A stretch of 64,000 nucleotides of DNA from Halobacteriovoraceae bacterium (GTDB taxonomy: Bacteria > Bdellovibrionota > Bacteriovoracia > Bacteriovoracales > Bacteriovoracaceae), in contig CAVRCF010000002.1 in NCBI GenBank assembly GCA_963719505.1, positions 1 to 64,000 of the forward strand. The letters run 5' to 3'. The notes below the pieces were generated by a model. The model made no database searches. It was given only the letters and a program-made list of their open reading frames with translations, and was not told where the DNA came from. This document shows, piece by piece, positions 29,673 through 39,697 of this stretch. Both the position numbers and the translations under genes were made by a program. Within the stretch, counting starts at the first letter, position 1, and each line of letters opens with the position of its first letter.

Positions 29673-29699
29673 TAAAGTAATTCTCCTTTTTAACGATAA
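29673..29699 (+). promoter_or_regulatory. Sigma28-like promoter (duplicated copy)
   Basis: TAAA-N15-AACGATAA. Confidence 0.65.
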
Positions 29700-29735
29700 G
29701 TTTAAAAACAGCTGCTAAATCAATGGAGGGATAGC

Positions 29736-31274
29736 TTGATTCGTTTAAATTTATACCTATTTTCTATCTTTATGGCCTTGGCGGCAATTTCTTCCTACGC
29801 AAACCCTATCGAAATCTCACAGGTCCAAGACCTTGAAAATGATCTTTCTCGATCTTTGACAAATTCGCTGATAAAACTTGGTGCTGAGACGGGAACTTTG
29901 ACGAGGGTAAAATTCAGTGGGGTCGTTCTCAAAAAAGAAGAGTCAAATTTTTTGCCACTAGGACTTGGTAAAGTCTCACTTGGAGTATCGGAGAAATTTA
30001 AAATTCGCCGTATCGATATAAGAGTTTTTTCTAAAAAAGCTCTTTCCGAGGACATTCAGAGTAAAATTCGTAAATTTGTGAAGTCGGAAATTAATATTTC
30101 TGGAGCGCGCCTAAAAACAAGTTTTGAAGCGATCTCTCTAGCGGCTAAAGCTTTGCCTAGTGTTGTTGTGAAGACGCCTAAAGCTAGTGAACTTGAGAGT
30201 TTTCTAACGAAGTACGCAGTAGCTGCAGCGCTGATTTTTTCAGCACTGGTTCTGGGAATATTTTTTGTCATAGGTCTTCTTTTAATGAGAAATAAAAAGA
30301 AAGAGGCAAGTACGTCTTATAGTCCTGAATCTCAAAACCATGACAAAATAAGCTCTCTTCCCCCTCAAATACCTAGTGGACACTATATTGATATTTTATC
30401 CAGAGATAATTTTTGGAATAAATTTTCGGAAAAATCCTTGTCTTTGGCGTTTAATGATTTGAGTGCAGATGATAAAAATAGCTCGGCACTCAATACCCTT
30501 ATTGGTCAGTACTTGCCGGCAAATAAATACGAAGTGATACAGAATAAATTAAGGAGTATTAGTTCCAATGGGTTTGATTCTGAAGAAGAAGAGAAAGTTG
30601 CGGACCTTGCTAGATACTTAGTGCAAAAAGCTCATGAATACAATCGATTATCTTTAAGCGCTCTCAGCTGGAGTATAGGTTATTTGGGAGAAGAGGTAGT
30701 GCTTGAGATGCTTGAGCAATCAAAGTTTGATACGACATTTCTTATTTTGAGTTACTACCATGCCCCGCCGATGGTTAAGGAGAGGTTGCGAGAGATTTTA
30801 CCGGAAGATATTCGTCACCAGGTTGTGAATTTTGATTTTTCTGATCTACACGGAGAGGTCGTAAAAACTCTTGAGGCAAGTATGGTTAGATTTTTAGATA
30901 AAAAACTTGATGCTTCAGTGGATGTTAATTTTGAAGAGGCGTGTTTTGATTTGACCCGACCACAGAGCTTTGCAGAGGATGAGAGAAGTTATGTTGAGTT
31001 CGGAAATAAGTTTGATTCAGTTTTAGGTTATGTCGACTCTATAGAAAATCTTGGCATGAGTGCTAAGGACCTTTCTTTAGTTTTTTACGGTTACAGTGAA
31101 GATGTCCTTGAAAGAGTACGAGGACAAGTCGGAAAACTGGAGCTTGAATGGTTTGATTCTTTTGTTGAAGAGCAAAGAAAGTTGAAGAGTCACTATAACG
31201 ACAATAGATTGAGTGAGCTTCGTGAGAGAGTCCGTTTGAAGGCGGGAAGCTTCTCGCTTGGTAAAGTGGCATAA
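29736..31274 (+). CDS. Exported single-pass membrane protein with FliG-like cytoplasmic domains (copy 2)
   Basis: 512 aa; differs from copy 1 at 5 residues (F/L, M/T, V/M, R/S, K/R). Confidence 0.65.
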   Translation: MIRLNLYLFSIFMALAAISSYANPIEISQVQDLENDLSRSLTNSLIKLGAETGTLTRVKFSGVVLKKEESNFLPLGLGKVSLGVSEKFKIRRIDIRVFSKKALSEDIQSKIRKFVKSEINISGARLKTSFEAISLAAKALPSVVVKTPKASELESFLTKYAVAAALIFSALVLGIFFVIGLLLMRNKKKEASTSYSPESQNHDKISSLPPQIPSGHYIDILSRDNFWNKFSEKSLSLAFNDLSADDKNSSALNTLIGQYLPANKYEVIQNKLRSISSNGFDSEEEEKVADLARYLVQKAHEYNRLSLSALSWSIGYLGEEVVLEMLEQSKFDTTFLILSYYHAPPMVKERLREILPEDIRHQVVNFDFSDLHGEVVKTLEASMVRFLDKKLDASVDVNFEEACFDLTRPQSFAEDERSYVEFGNKFDSVLGYVDSIENLGMSAKDLSLVFYGYSEDVLERVRGQVGKLELEWFDSFVEEQRKLKSHYNDNRLSELRERVRLKAGSFSLGKVA

Positions 31275-31371
31275 AAACTTGGCTATATTTGAGAATCGTT
31301 TGATTAATCTACTATAAGACATAGTAGATGAGACAAGGTGTTAAAATATTTATGAGACAGAGGGGGAGAAA

Positions 31372-34300
31372 TTGAGTTCATTTATATCTTTGATTTTAGT
31401 TTTCTTTTTAGGAATGTCTTGTATGAATAGCGAGGATGCGAAAGAGGTTTTCGGATCTAAAGAAGCGGTGGGAGACGGTGGAGAATCGAGCTCTCTTGGA
31501 TTTTTGATCACGAGTATCTATCCTTCAAACGGAGGTTTGGGTGGAGGATATGTGGTTTATATAAACGGTTCAAAGTTTACGAGCGATACAACTTTTGCGT
31601 TGGGCGGAACACCTTGTCTGTCGACGCAGATCCTTTCTTCAACTTCCGCGACTTGCCTTGCGCCACCTAGTGGGTCTTCAGGTTTGGTAAGTGTTTCGGC
31701 GAGTAAGGTCGGGGATAGTTACTCCCAGGCAGGAGGTTTTAGATATGTGGGAGCGACAGTAATAACGAGTGTAAGTCCGGCGATAACACCTGGAACAATA
31801 CCAACGAGGATAGTTTTAACGGGGACAAATTTTATAAGTGGAAGTTTGGTAAATATAAGTCATCCCAATCTTCCGAATTCTCCTTGTACATCAGTCAATG
31901 TGGTAAATTCCACGACACTGGAATGTTTTACACCGGTGCTAACACCTAATCAGACAGATACGATGAGTACATCAGGAGTGATCCCAAGTATTGAAGTAAT
32001 CACGCCAGATGGAGGAACGTCTTCACTTTTGAACGCTTTAACTTTGACGCCAGCGCCTATTATTACGGGAATCAGTTTTGGAGGTTCGGGAGTGACAGCG
32101 CTTCCGGTGGATGGGGTTTTGAATAATGGGGTTTCAAACTTTACTTTAACCCTAGTCGGAAAACATTTAAAAGCAGGACTGTCGGTGAGGCTTGCAGGTA
32201 ATACTGCGGGATCTTGTACATTTTTTAATGCAACTCAAGTCCGGTGTACTTCTTTGCCATCAGTTACAACAGCGGGTGGATTTAATTTTAATATTACTAA
32301 CAATGACGGGCAGAGTTCAAGTTTTAATACGAGCTTTGTCGATAAGCCTGTTGTCTCAGATTTCTCTCCAGCGAGAACCGCTTTTACGGGGGGAGATGTA
32401 ACGATCAATGGTGTTGGGTTGAGTATTCTTAGTGCACCCTCAGTTGTCATTCATAGGCAGAGTGATTCTAGTCTACTTGCAAATTGTACAGTCTCGAGTT
32501 CATCACCACTAGTCTGTACTGCGCCTGATTTGGGTTCTGAAGTGGATGTTTTTTTTAGAATAACAACTGAGTATGGTTATCGTGCCGATAGTGGAATATA
32601 TTTTTTTAGTGGAAGTACAGAACTTGGAATAAATGGTGATTTCAATTTAGAAAGAGTTACACTCGGCTCAACATTAGAAAAGAGTTTTATTCTCACAAAT
32701 CCTTCTTTAGGTGTTGATATAACTAGTCTTAACTTGGACTTTAGCGCTTTAGGCGGTGCTTATTCATTTGTTTCTTCAACTTGTACCGCAAATCTTAATG
32801 CGGGGCAGGTATGCAATTTCGTTGTTAGATTTATGCCAACAGCTCTTGAGTACTATGAATCCGGCAATATTAACATTAGTTATTTTGACGGCTTAACTAA
32901 TGTAGCTTCTAGCTACAAGCTTAACGGTTGGGGAATTGAGCTAGAAGTTGGACCACCGGTTATAGATTTTAGCTCTGTCTCTGTTGGTCCGAACCTTCAG
33001 GGTATTGCCCCAAAATTTCTTAAAGGTGTAGTTATTAATAATCGTTCAAATGCTTCGGTTCAGGTAGATATTTCAAGACCATCTGATTTCTCAAATTCAA
33101 CAGATTTTCATTACATGGGTGGTAGTGGCTTTCCAGGGATTTGGCCTACAACACCCGCTGAGGCTTGTCCAGTTTCAGGAGAAATACCACCTAATACTTA
33201 CTGTGTAGCAGCTGTCGAATTTGAACCTCAAAGTTTAGGTGGAAGTACCTCAACATTTTCTCTTAGCTATAATTCAATATACACAACTAAGCCTATTGAA
33301 CTAGTTGGTAATGGAAATGGACTCACGACCACGGTCTGTGATCCTTCCGGAGTACCTTACGGTGCAGGAGATGGAACAAGCATTAATCCTTGGCAACTGT
33401 GTTCAGAAGCCCACATGGTGAGAATGCGAACAAGAATTAATGATACTGATACTGTGGAGGCTAACGATTTTTTTCTGCAAATGAGTGATATTACTTTTAC
33501 ATCTTCTTTTCCTGAGTCAATCGAGATGACTGGTGGGTTATTTGATGGAGGAGGTTACAAACTGATTGATTTTGAAATTAGTAATACAGGTTTAGGAGCG
33601 GCTTCTTTATTGTCAGATAATATTGACGGATACACTAGTCCTTATAGTTGTAATACAACGAGAATGCAGTTGTTAAATCTAAAAATTACAGCCGGTATTG
33701 TAGCTGGGCTTTCATCTTGTAGGAGTTCTAGTGTTGGTAATTCAACACTTCAAGGAGCACTAGTTGGTTCTAGTCGTGTCGGTGGTGTTATTCATCAGGT
33801 TGTCGGCGCAGCTCCGAGCAATACTCAGTATATTGGTACAATAAAAAGCTCCTCGTCCGGTGGTGGTATATATTATGGTTTCAACAATTCTACTGATACT
33901 ACTCAAAATAACTTATTTATTGGATCGGCTGATGTTGTTGGCGGCTTTGGAGGAATAACGATTGGAGGAAGAATTAGTACTATAAATAGCTATGTCTACG
34001 CTGATATCGTTGCAGCTTTAGCGTCAGGGATTAGTGCCAATCAATATGGTGTCCAGGATTCACATTTCTTTGGATCGATAAATGTATCTGGAGATTTTGA
34101 AGGTGTTGGTGCTGCTAGGTACGGCAGCATAGGCGTGGTTCGTTCAAGTTCCAGAGGGACAGTGTCTGGTGGTGGAGGTTTATACTCGGGAGGGGTCAGT
34201 GGCAACTTATCTAGTGCAGTAGGTGTCGAGCAGTCATATTCAACTTTGAAAATAGATTGTCCTTTGGGTTGTGGAGGTTTATCTGGAAGGCACTTAAGTA

Positions 34301-34725
34301 CCTCAGTCGGTCTTCAAGATAGCTTTTTTGCCGGGAAGATGAGCTCGGTTATGAGTGGTATTTCTAGCGACAATTCAAGCCTTACACTCGCTCCAGTTGA
34401 ACGAATATATGTGGCAAGTTCAGATATGTTAAGTATTTTAAGTGACTCTGATGATGATGACGCAAATATGATTACTAGAGATCCAGAGGGTTTTGACTTT
34501 AAGGATGTCTTTTACTTGAGAGATTCATCTGCGGGTAATTATGTTTCAACTGGTGTCACTGAGCTCAACAATGCAGAGATGATGAATATTACTAGGTTTA
34601 GAGATATAGGTGGATGGGATTTTAAAGATACTGCCGAGGATGGAGACCCTGCAGTTTGGAAAATGGGAACAGCTGGCTATAAGTACCCCATTCTCGACTG
34701 GATGGAGGACGACTGGATGCCTTAA
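31372..34725 (+). CDS. Large IPT/TIG-Ig-GLUG surface lipoprotein/adhesin (variant 2)
   Basis: First ~260 aa nearly identical to 17691-20996, remainder homologous but diverged; same terminal YPILDWMEDDWMP. Confidence 0.8.
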   Translation: MSSFISLILVFFLGMSCMNSEDAKEVFGSKEAVGDGGESSSLGFLITSIYPSNGGLGGGYVVYINGSKFTSDTTFALGGTPCLSTQILSSTSATCLAPPSGSSGLVSVSASKVGDSYSQAGGFRYVGATVITSVSPAITPGTIPTRIVLTGTNFISGSLVNISHPNLPNSPCTSVNVVNSTTLECFTPVLTPNQTDTMSTSGVIPSIEVITPDGGTSSLLNALTLTPAPIITGISFGGSGVTALPVDGVLNNGVSNFTLTLVGKHLKAGLSVRLAGNTAGSCTFFNATQVRCTSLPSVTTAGGFNFNITNNDGQSSSFNTSFVDKPVVSDFSPARTAFTGGDVTINGVGLSILSAPSVVIHRQSDSSLLANCTVSSSSPLVCTAPDLGSEVDVFFRITTEYGYRADSGIYFFSGSTELGINGDFNLERVTLGSTLEKSFILTNPSLGVDITSLNLDFSALGGAYSFVSSTCTANLNAGQVCNFVVRFMPTALEYYESGNINISYFDGLTNVASSYKLNGWGIELEVGPPVIDFSSVSVGPNLQGIAPKFLKGVVINNRSNASVQVDISRPSDFSNSTDFHYMGGSGFPGIWPTTPAEACPVSGEIPPNTYCVAAVEFEPQSLGGSTSTFSLSYNSIYTTKPIELVGNGNGLTTTVCDPSGVPYGAGDGTSINPWQLCSEAHMVRMRTRINDTDTVEANDFFLQMSDITFTSSFPESIEMTGGLFDGGGYKLIDFEISNTGLGAASLLSDNIDGYTSPYSCNTTRMQLLNLKITAGIVAGLSSCRSSSVGNSTLQGALVGSSRVGGVIHQVVGAAPSNTQYIGTIKSSSSGGGIYYGFNNSTDTTQNNLFIGSADVVGGFGGITIGGRISTINSYVYADIVAALASGISANQYGVQDSHFFGSINVSGDFEGVGAARYGSIGVVRSSSRGTVSGGGGLYSGGVSGNLSSAVGVEQSYSTLKIDCPLGCGGLSGRHLSTSVGLQDSFFAGKMSSVMSGISSDNSSLTLAPVERIYVASSDMLSILSDSDDDDANMITRDPEGFDFKDVFYLRDSSAGNYVSTGVTELNNAEMMNITRFRDIGGWDFKDTAEDGDPAVWKMGTAGYKYPILDWMEDDWMP

Positions 34726-35007
34726 CTCTAGTTTATTCCAGTAATTTAAGCTACTTATTTACGTTCGCTTTGATTGATCAAGTTTGATAAAATTAAAAAA
34801 AATCAGAAATCTAAAGCTTTTTTCTTCACGCACTTAGTTGTCGCTAGCAAAACGTATAGAGACTAGACACTTTTTTATTTAGTGTTACTAAATTACAATC
34901 CTATATCTTCGGTCCCTTAAATACTGTATATTTGTCTTATAACTTAATCAACGGTTTAAGTCGTCTATGGTAAGACTTTGTAATCAGACTCAAGCCAAAG
35001 GAAAATT

Positions 35008-35547
35008 ATGAAATTATTAATTACTTTCGTTGGGATTGTCTCATTTATTGGTTCAGCATTCGCATCCTCTTCTTCGCTACATATGAAAAGAACTATTCAA
35101 GAGTGCATATCTGCTGACAAGGTTGAGCTTCAAGAAAATGGCTATTTAAGAATATCTGTGTCTCCAACAAAAATTAAAGACCTGAGGGATCATACATTAG
35201 TAGGTATAAATTCTAAAGAAGAATCAGTTCGCGTTTACAACCAACTCGTTCACTCTAGCATGAGTATGTCTCCAGATGAGTTTCAAGCTGAAGATTTCAT
35301 GAATAGTACCTATAGACTGAACGAAGGAGATATGACGACGAGGAGACAATTACTTCTTTCAAGTCTTAAGTCCTCTAATGCAGAAGTTGGACAATTGGTA
35401 CAAGATTCATTAGTTAAGGCTTATAGTGGTAACTCTGGTGCAAAAAATAAACTTATTGCATATTACATTTTTGAGTTGATGTGGGCTTGTGAGAACAACG
35501 ATTCTAGTGATACGAAGTTAGTGAAGATAAACATGAGAAATATTTAA
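35008..35547 (+). CDS. Secreted hypothetical protein
   Basis: SD AAGGA; signal peptide ending AFA. Confidence 0.7.
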   Translation: MKLLITFVGIVSFIGSAFASSSSLHMKRTIQECISADKVELQENGYLRISVSPTKIKDLRDHTLVGINSKEESVRVYNQLVHSSMSMSPDEFQAEDFMNSTYRLNEGDMTTRRQLLLSSLKSSNAEVGQLVQDSLVKAYSGNSGAKNKLIAYYIFELMWACENNDSSDTKLVKINMRNI

Positions 35548-35553
35548 AAAAAT

Positions 35554-35584
35554 TGAATAGTGCGGTTTTTTTCTGCACTATTCA
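35554..35584. terminator. Hairpin terminator between convergent genes
   Basis: TGAATAGTGCGG-loop-CTGCACTATTCA. Confidence 0.65.
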
Positions 35585-36502
35585 CTAATGATTTATAAGC
35601 TTTTTACCGTAATCAATTTTTATAACTTTATCAGTTTTCATGGCCTTTTCAGGCACTAGTTTATCAATGTAATTGAGCCATTGCTTGCACTGAGGTGTTA
35701 AAGCATTTTTTTTGTTAAAGCTATAAACTTGGTCGCAACTCTTTGGTGTAGATTCTATATTTTCAGTTAATCCACATCCTTTGAGGGGTTGAAAACTATT
35801 TAGGACTCTAAGTTCTTCTCTGTAATCCTCATTTAGGTCTTTACTTTTAAAGTGGCTGGGATAAGTAGTGGTATAAGCCTCACGCCTCATCTGGTAGATT
35901 TTATTATTGAGGTCCCTATTAACACACTTAAACTTTATTTGCACCATTGGACATCTCTGAAGCATCTGAGAGTCTTCAGCGTATTGAAAAAGTTTGAGCC
36001 ATTGATATTGTACTAATCGCATAAAACCTACATGGTGGTTCTTGATAATAGGTTTGAATTCTTCTCTCATAACTGCGTTGTATGCATTAATGACTGATGG
36101 AATTGATGTTTCGTTTCCAGTGAACTTAACAGGGTTTAAACCTGAGTTTTGGCGGGATGAATCACCACCTCTTGAATAATCACCATTTAGACCAACTTGC
36201 AGCCGCCAGTACTGAGGGGAGATTTTTACTCCAGCTTTTTGATTAATATTACAACCCATTCCAGTTCCAACGAGATTATTGTTAGTTAAGTATGAGTGAG
36301 GGTTATCGGAGTGTCCCCAAGCGAGAGTGAGTTCACAAACATTGGCGCTAGCGGCATCGTTTAAAAATTTTTGCTCTATTTCCTCTGTTGACGTTGGTAA
36401 GTTGGAGATAGAGTCAATAATTGTAGGTCTAGTTGCAGCTATACTTTCCTCTTGGGATTGGCACAAAGAGCTAAATAAGATTAGTATAAGGATGTAAATC
36501 AT
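35585..36502 (-). CDS. Secreted Cys-containing hypothetical protein
   Basis: Likely start MIYILILILF at 36502 after SD GAGGAG (track start 36538). Confidence 0.7.
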   Translation of the reverse strand: MIYILILILFSSLCQSQEESIAATRPTIIDSISNLPTSTEEIEQKFLNDAASANVCELTLAWGHSDNPHSYLTNNNLVGTGMGCNINQKAGVKISPQYWRLQVGLNGDYSRGGDSSRQNSGLNPVKFTGNETSIPSVINAYNAVMREEFKPIIKNHHVGFMRLVQYQWLKLFQYAEDSQMLQRCPMVQIKFKCVNRDLNNKIYQMRREAYTTTYPSHFKSKDLNEDYREELRVLNSFQPLKGCGLTENIESTPKSCDQVYSFNKKNALTPQCKQWLNYIDKLVPEKAMKTDKVIKIDYGKKLINH

Positions 36503-36632
36503 AAATCTCCTCGATTTGATAATTACAAGAAAGATCATCTCATGTTTTGACTTACAGTAATAAGTATTTTTTTGTCGGAAAGAAATACTTTTATCTCAAT
36601 TCGAGTCTTCTCTGTCTGAAAGAGTCAAGTTT

Positions 36633-36659
36633 TAATGATTTTAATTATTCTGCCGATAA
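36633..36659 (+). promoter_or_regulatory. Sigma28-like promoter
   Basis: TAAT-N15-GCCGATAA. Confidence 0.65.
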
Positions 36660-36710
36660 GGTTTAGTGGGCTATATATGGCCTTTTACTAAAAATTTGGA
36701 GTTAAGAGAG

Positions 36711-38420
36711 ATGATAAGAATTCTTCTGATTTTATGCTTTGTGGTTTCAAGCATGGCTTTTGCACAAGATAAGCCTTTAGTAGGTTTTGAGGTTGAAGGT
36801 TACCTGAAGTCGTCTGACTACTTTAAAGAATCAAATTCCTCTACAATGATGAAGAAGACAGCCGAGTCTCTTCATAAGACCCTCTCTGAAAAGTACGAAA
36901 ATACTGTCTTAAGACAAAATAATAGTAAGCTATGGGAGGTAGAAGTAACTAATAATGATGGTAAGAGTCTAAAGTTTGAGGTCACCCAAGATATGAGTGT
37001 TGTGACTCCTTATGAAGTCGCTAATCCTAATGTAGTTGATGCTGGTTTAGAAGTAAGATCTATAGGAGGACAAAGGTATGATGGCTTTACTAAAGATGTG
37101 TATAGCCTTATTTCTGATCCAAGTTCGGAATTTTCTAAATCTTTTACGACTGATAATAAAATTGACATGGGATTTAAAAAAACTTCGACAGAAAGTGGTT
37201 TGCATTTATGGAGAGGGATATATGAAAAAGGCGTTCAAGACTTCAATTTGGATCATCTAGATCAAACTGACAGCTTTGTTAAGCAAACTGAAAAGCTTAC
37301 AACTTTTCTAGAATCTTACCAAAAAAATTACAATTCAATTGTAGATGGAACTATTAATGACCCTAAAAGAGGTCAATTTCCATTTAATAAAACACTCAAA
37401 AGTAAAGATTTAGAAAGAATAGGTGAGGTTGTAGTAAGACTGAAGGAGCTTAGTACTCAATTTAATAAAATCATTCCTGAGACACCTTTGAAAAAATACA
37501 CTCGTAAGCAAATTGCTTTAGAAATGAAAGACATCGTCTCAAATTTAGCTGAAAAGCCTAAAGAAGGATTGAACTCATCTTCCAGACTATCACTATCTAA
37601 ATCAAAGGTTCTTAATCTAGGTGGGTTAGTAGACAAAGGCGCTGTTGAGATGAGAAATTTTGATTCTCAGGAATTTGTGAGATTAATTGAACATTTGGAC
37701 AAAATTGATAATCTGATTGAGGGTAAATCTCTGCCTTCAGTCAAAAAGCATTTTTCAAACAGTGAATTAAAAATTATTGATCCAGCAGGTAAAAAATCAT
37801 TGCCAAAAGAAAAAATAATGTGTGATCCTGAATTGCGTGGTGTTAAACCTGGGCTTCATGCGATTAATCCTATCCTTGAAGTATTGGATGTCGTAATGAC
37901 GGCGAAAAATATGACGGCATCAAGTTTTGATGAGCGCTTCATCACATGTGAAAGTGCAAGATTAAGAATGGGTAACTTGTATTGTAAAAGGCAGTACTGG
38001 GCAAATGAGTCTTTACCGCTTACAACAGTTTTTAATGATCGAAAATACTATCTTTGTGAAATGTACGTAAATTCTTATCTCTCTCCAATTTCTGTTACTC
38101 CAAAGGGTGAAGATGAAAAAGTAAAGGCATGTCCAATCAGAGGGCTTCATTTTATTGTGTCTCTTGATAAAGAAAACGAATTGAACTACATAGATAAGGA
38201 GAGCTTGCTTGTTCTAAAAAGTGGCTACGAATTTCTTGTCGATAGTGAAAAATTTCACAATGATGTTAACCGCGTGATAGGTGAAATAGAAGAATTTTTT
38301 AAGGAGTATAAATCGCTTAAAATTGAGACAGAGTGGAAAAAAACTCACGATATGCCCTCACGAAAGACGATTATAGAGCTTTTGGAACGAGATGCAAAGG
38401 AGTCTTCGCTCAGGAGCTAA
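36711..38420 (+). CDS. Secreted protein with Amidoligase_2 / glutamate-cysteine-ligase-like fold
   Basis: Signal peptide MIRILLILCFVVSSMAFA; ordered motifs VGFEVEG, VTQDMSV, GLEVRS, SGLHLW, KVLNL, VEMRNFD. Confidence 0.6.
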   Translation: MIRILLILCFVVSSMAFAQDKPLVGFEVEGYLKSSDYFKESNSSTMMKKTAESLHKTLSEKYENTVLRQNNSKLWEVEVTNNDGKSLKFEVTQDMSVVTPYEVANPNVVDAGLEVRSIGGQRYDGFTKDVYSLISDPSSEFSKSFTTDNKIDMGFKKTSTESGLHLWRGIYEKGVQDFNLDHLDQTDSFVKQTEKLTTFLESYQKNYNSIVDGTINDPKRGQFPFNKTLKSKDLERIGEVVVRLKELSTQFNKIIPETPLKKYTRKQIALEMKDIVSNLAEKPKEGLNSSSRLSLSKSKVLNLGGLVDKGAVEMRNFDSQEFVRLIEHLDKIDNLIEGKSLPSVKKHFSNSELKIIDPAGKKSLPKEKIMCDPELRGVKPGLHAINPILEVLDVVMTAKNMTASSFDERFITCESARLRMGNLYCKRQYWANESLPLTTVFNDRKYYLCEMYVNSYLSPISVTPKGEDEKVKACPIRGLHFIVSLDKENELNYIDKESLLVLKSGYEFLVDSEKFHNDVNRVIGEIEEFFKEYKSLKIETEWKKTHDMPSRKTIIELLERDAKESSLRS

Positions 38421-38667
38421 TACATCATTGGAAGTAAAAAAAGACAGCTTTAATTGATTAGACTGTTAGGGATCTGTTTCATTTCCATGCTTCAGATTAA
38501 AATCTATACTATCCGGAAACCAAGCTTCTTCTATTATCAAAGTTAATGCTTTGTATTGGAAATAACATCTTTTAATAATGAGTAAAAAATACTTATTTTC
38601 ACGATGAATATTTCATATGAGAACAAAAGTGCTAGATATAGTATAAACATTTAGCCCCGAGGATTTT

Positions 38668-39021
38668 ATGAAAAAAACATTACTATTATTATTATTGTTA
38701 ACAGGATTTACTGTTCAAGCATCAGAAGCTAGCCCTCTAAGCCAAGAAACAAAAGAATTGATTTTCGATGCAATCACTCAATATGTGTACTTTGAAGATG
38801 ACGGATTCGAGAGAACTCCACAAAGATTAGATGATTTTATTTTTACAATAGTGGATGACCTTACAGTTAGAGCCGTTGGAATCTCTTATAGCATATGGGA
38901 TGTAAAGGATATCGGATATTTTTGTGATATAACTGTATCGACAGATTCTTCTCGTGGAAATTCTAAAACTATTTCAGTTAAATCGTGCTCATTAGAAGGT
39001 GAGAACTGGCCTCACTTGTAA
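38668..39021 (+). CDS. Small acidic secreted hypothetical protein
   Basis: SD GAGGA; signal peptide ending VQA; two Cys. Confidence 0.7.
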   Translation: MKKTLLLLLLLTGFTVQASEASPLSQETKELIFDAITQYVYFEDDGFERTPQRLDDFIFTIVDDLTVRAVGISYSIWDVKDIGYFCDITVSTDSSRGNSKTISVKSCSLEGENWPHL

Positions 39022-39295
39022 GAAATCATAGAGAGTTTTATCTTTCGTTCGGTTCATATAGATGCTTTACTTTCAACACAGTGTCAGTCTTTCTATCGGC
39101 TATTAGTATGATCATAAAACTCTAGTTTTCACACTGAATTACTCTATATTGAAGTGTTCATTGATAGCTTAATGTTTAGTTATAGCTTTTATTAAGCATA
39201 GCTCTGGACTGCGGTCGTAATATCGGAGTCCAACATACTTATTTAAAGCCCTGAAAATAGGTCAATTCTTAAATCTGATATAATCAATTTAGGAG

Positions 39296-39697
39296 TTGAA
39301 AATGACAAAAAGAAACAGAAAAACATTTACCAAAGAGCAAAAAGACTGGGCCGTCGACGAATTCATTGCCGGAAGCCTCAGTGTCGATCAAATTGCAGAG
39401 CAACTCAGAGCTGAACCTCAATACATTTATCGATGGAAAGTTCTCAGAGAAGAAAAACTTAAAGGTCTCAGAGTTGAAGAGCTAACAGCTCGCGGAAATT
39501 CTATCGAGGAATCACAAAGGATTTTTGAACTTGAGCTCGAAGTTGATGCCTATAAAAAGAAATTTGCCGAACAAGTTCTCATAAGTGACCTTTTAAAAAA
39601 ACTCCTGAAGTATCCACCCTTACAACGAGAGAGCGAATTGACTGAGTTACTAAAAACTATAAAAGCACAGGAACTAAAAAGAAGGCAATCCAAATAA
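39296..39697 (+). CDS. IS3-family transposase OrfA (HTH)
   Basis: RKTFTKEQK..AV..IAEQL..IYRW HTH plus leucine-zipper region. Confidence 0.88.
   Translation: MKMTKRNRKTFTKEQKDWAVDEFIAGSLSVDQIAEQLRAEPQYIYRWKVLREEKLKGLRVEELTARGNSIEESQRIFELELEVDAYKKKFAEQVLISDLLKKLLKYPPLQRESELTELLKTIKAQELKRRQSK

Larger units (their letters stand above)
29667..32153 (+). repeat. Direct repeat copy 2 (2,487 bp)
   Basis: Near-identical to 15986-18472 with scattered substitutions. Confidence 0.97.

Noticed and set aside
15986-32153. Direct repeat as a pure assembly artefact
   Set aside because: The copies differ by scattered synonymous and non-synonymous substitutions, and each runs in frame into a distinct complete homologous 3' half; long-read confirmation is still advisable
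17691-34725. Diversity-generating retroelement or shufflon as the source of adhesin variation
   Set aside because: No reverse transcriptase, adenine-specific TR/VR pair, recombinase or inverted cassettes in the window
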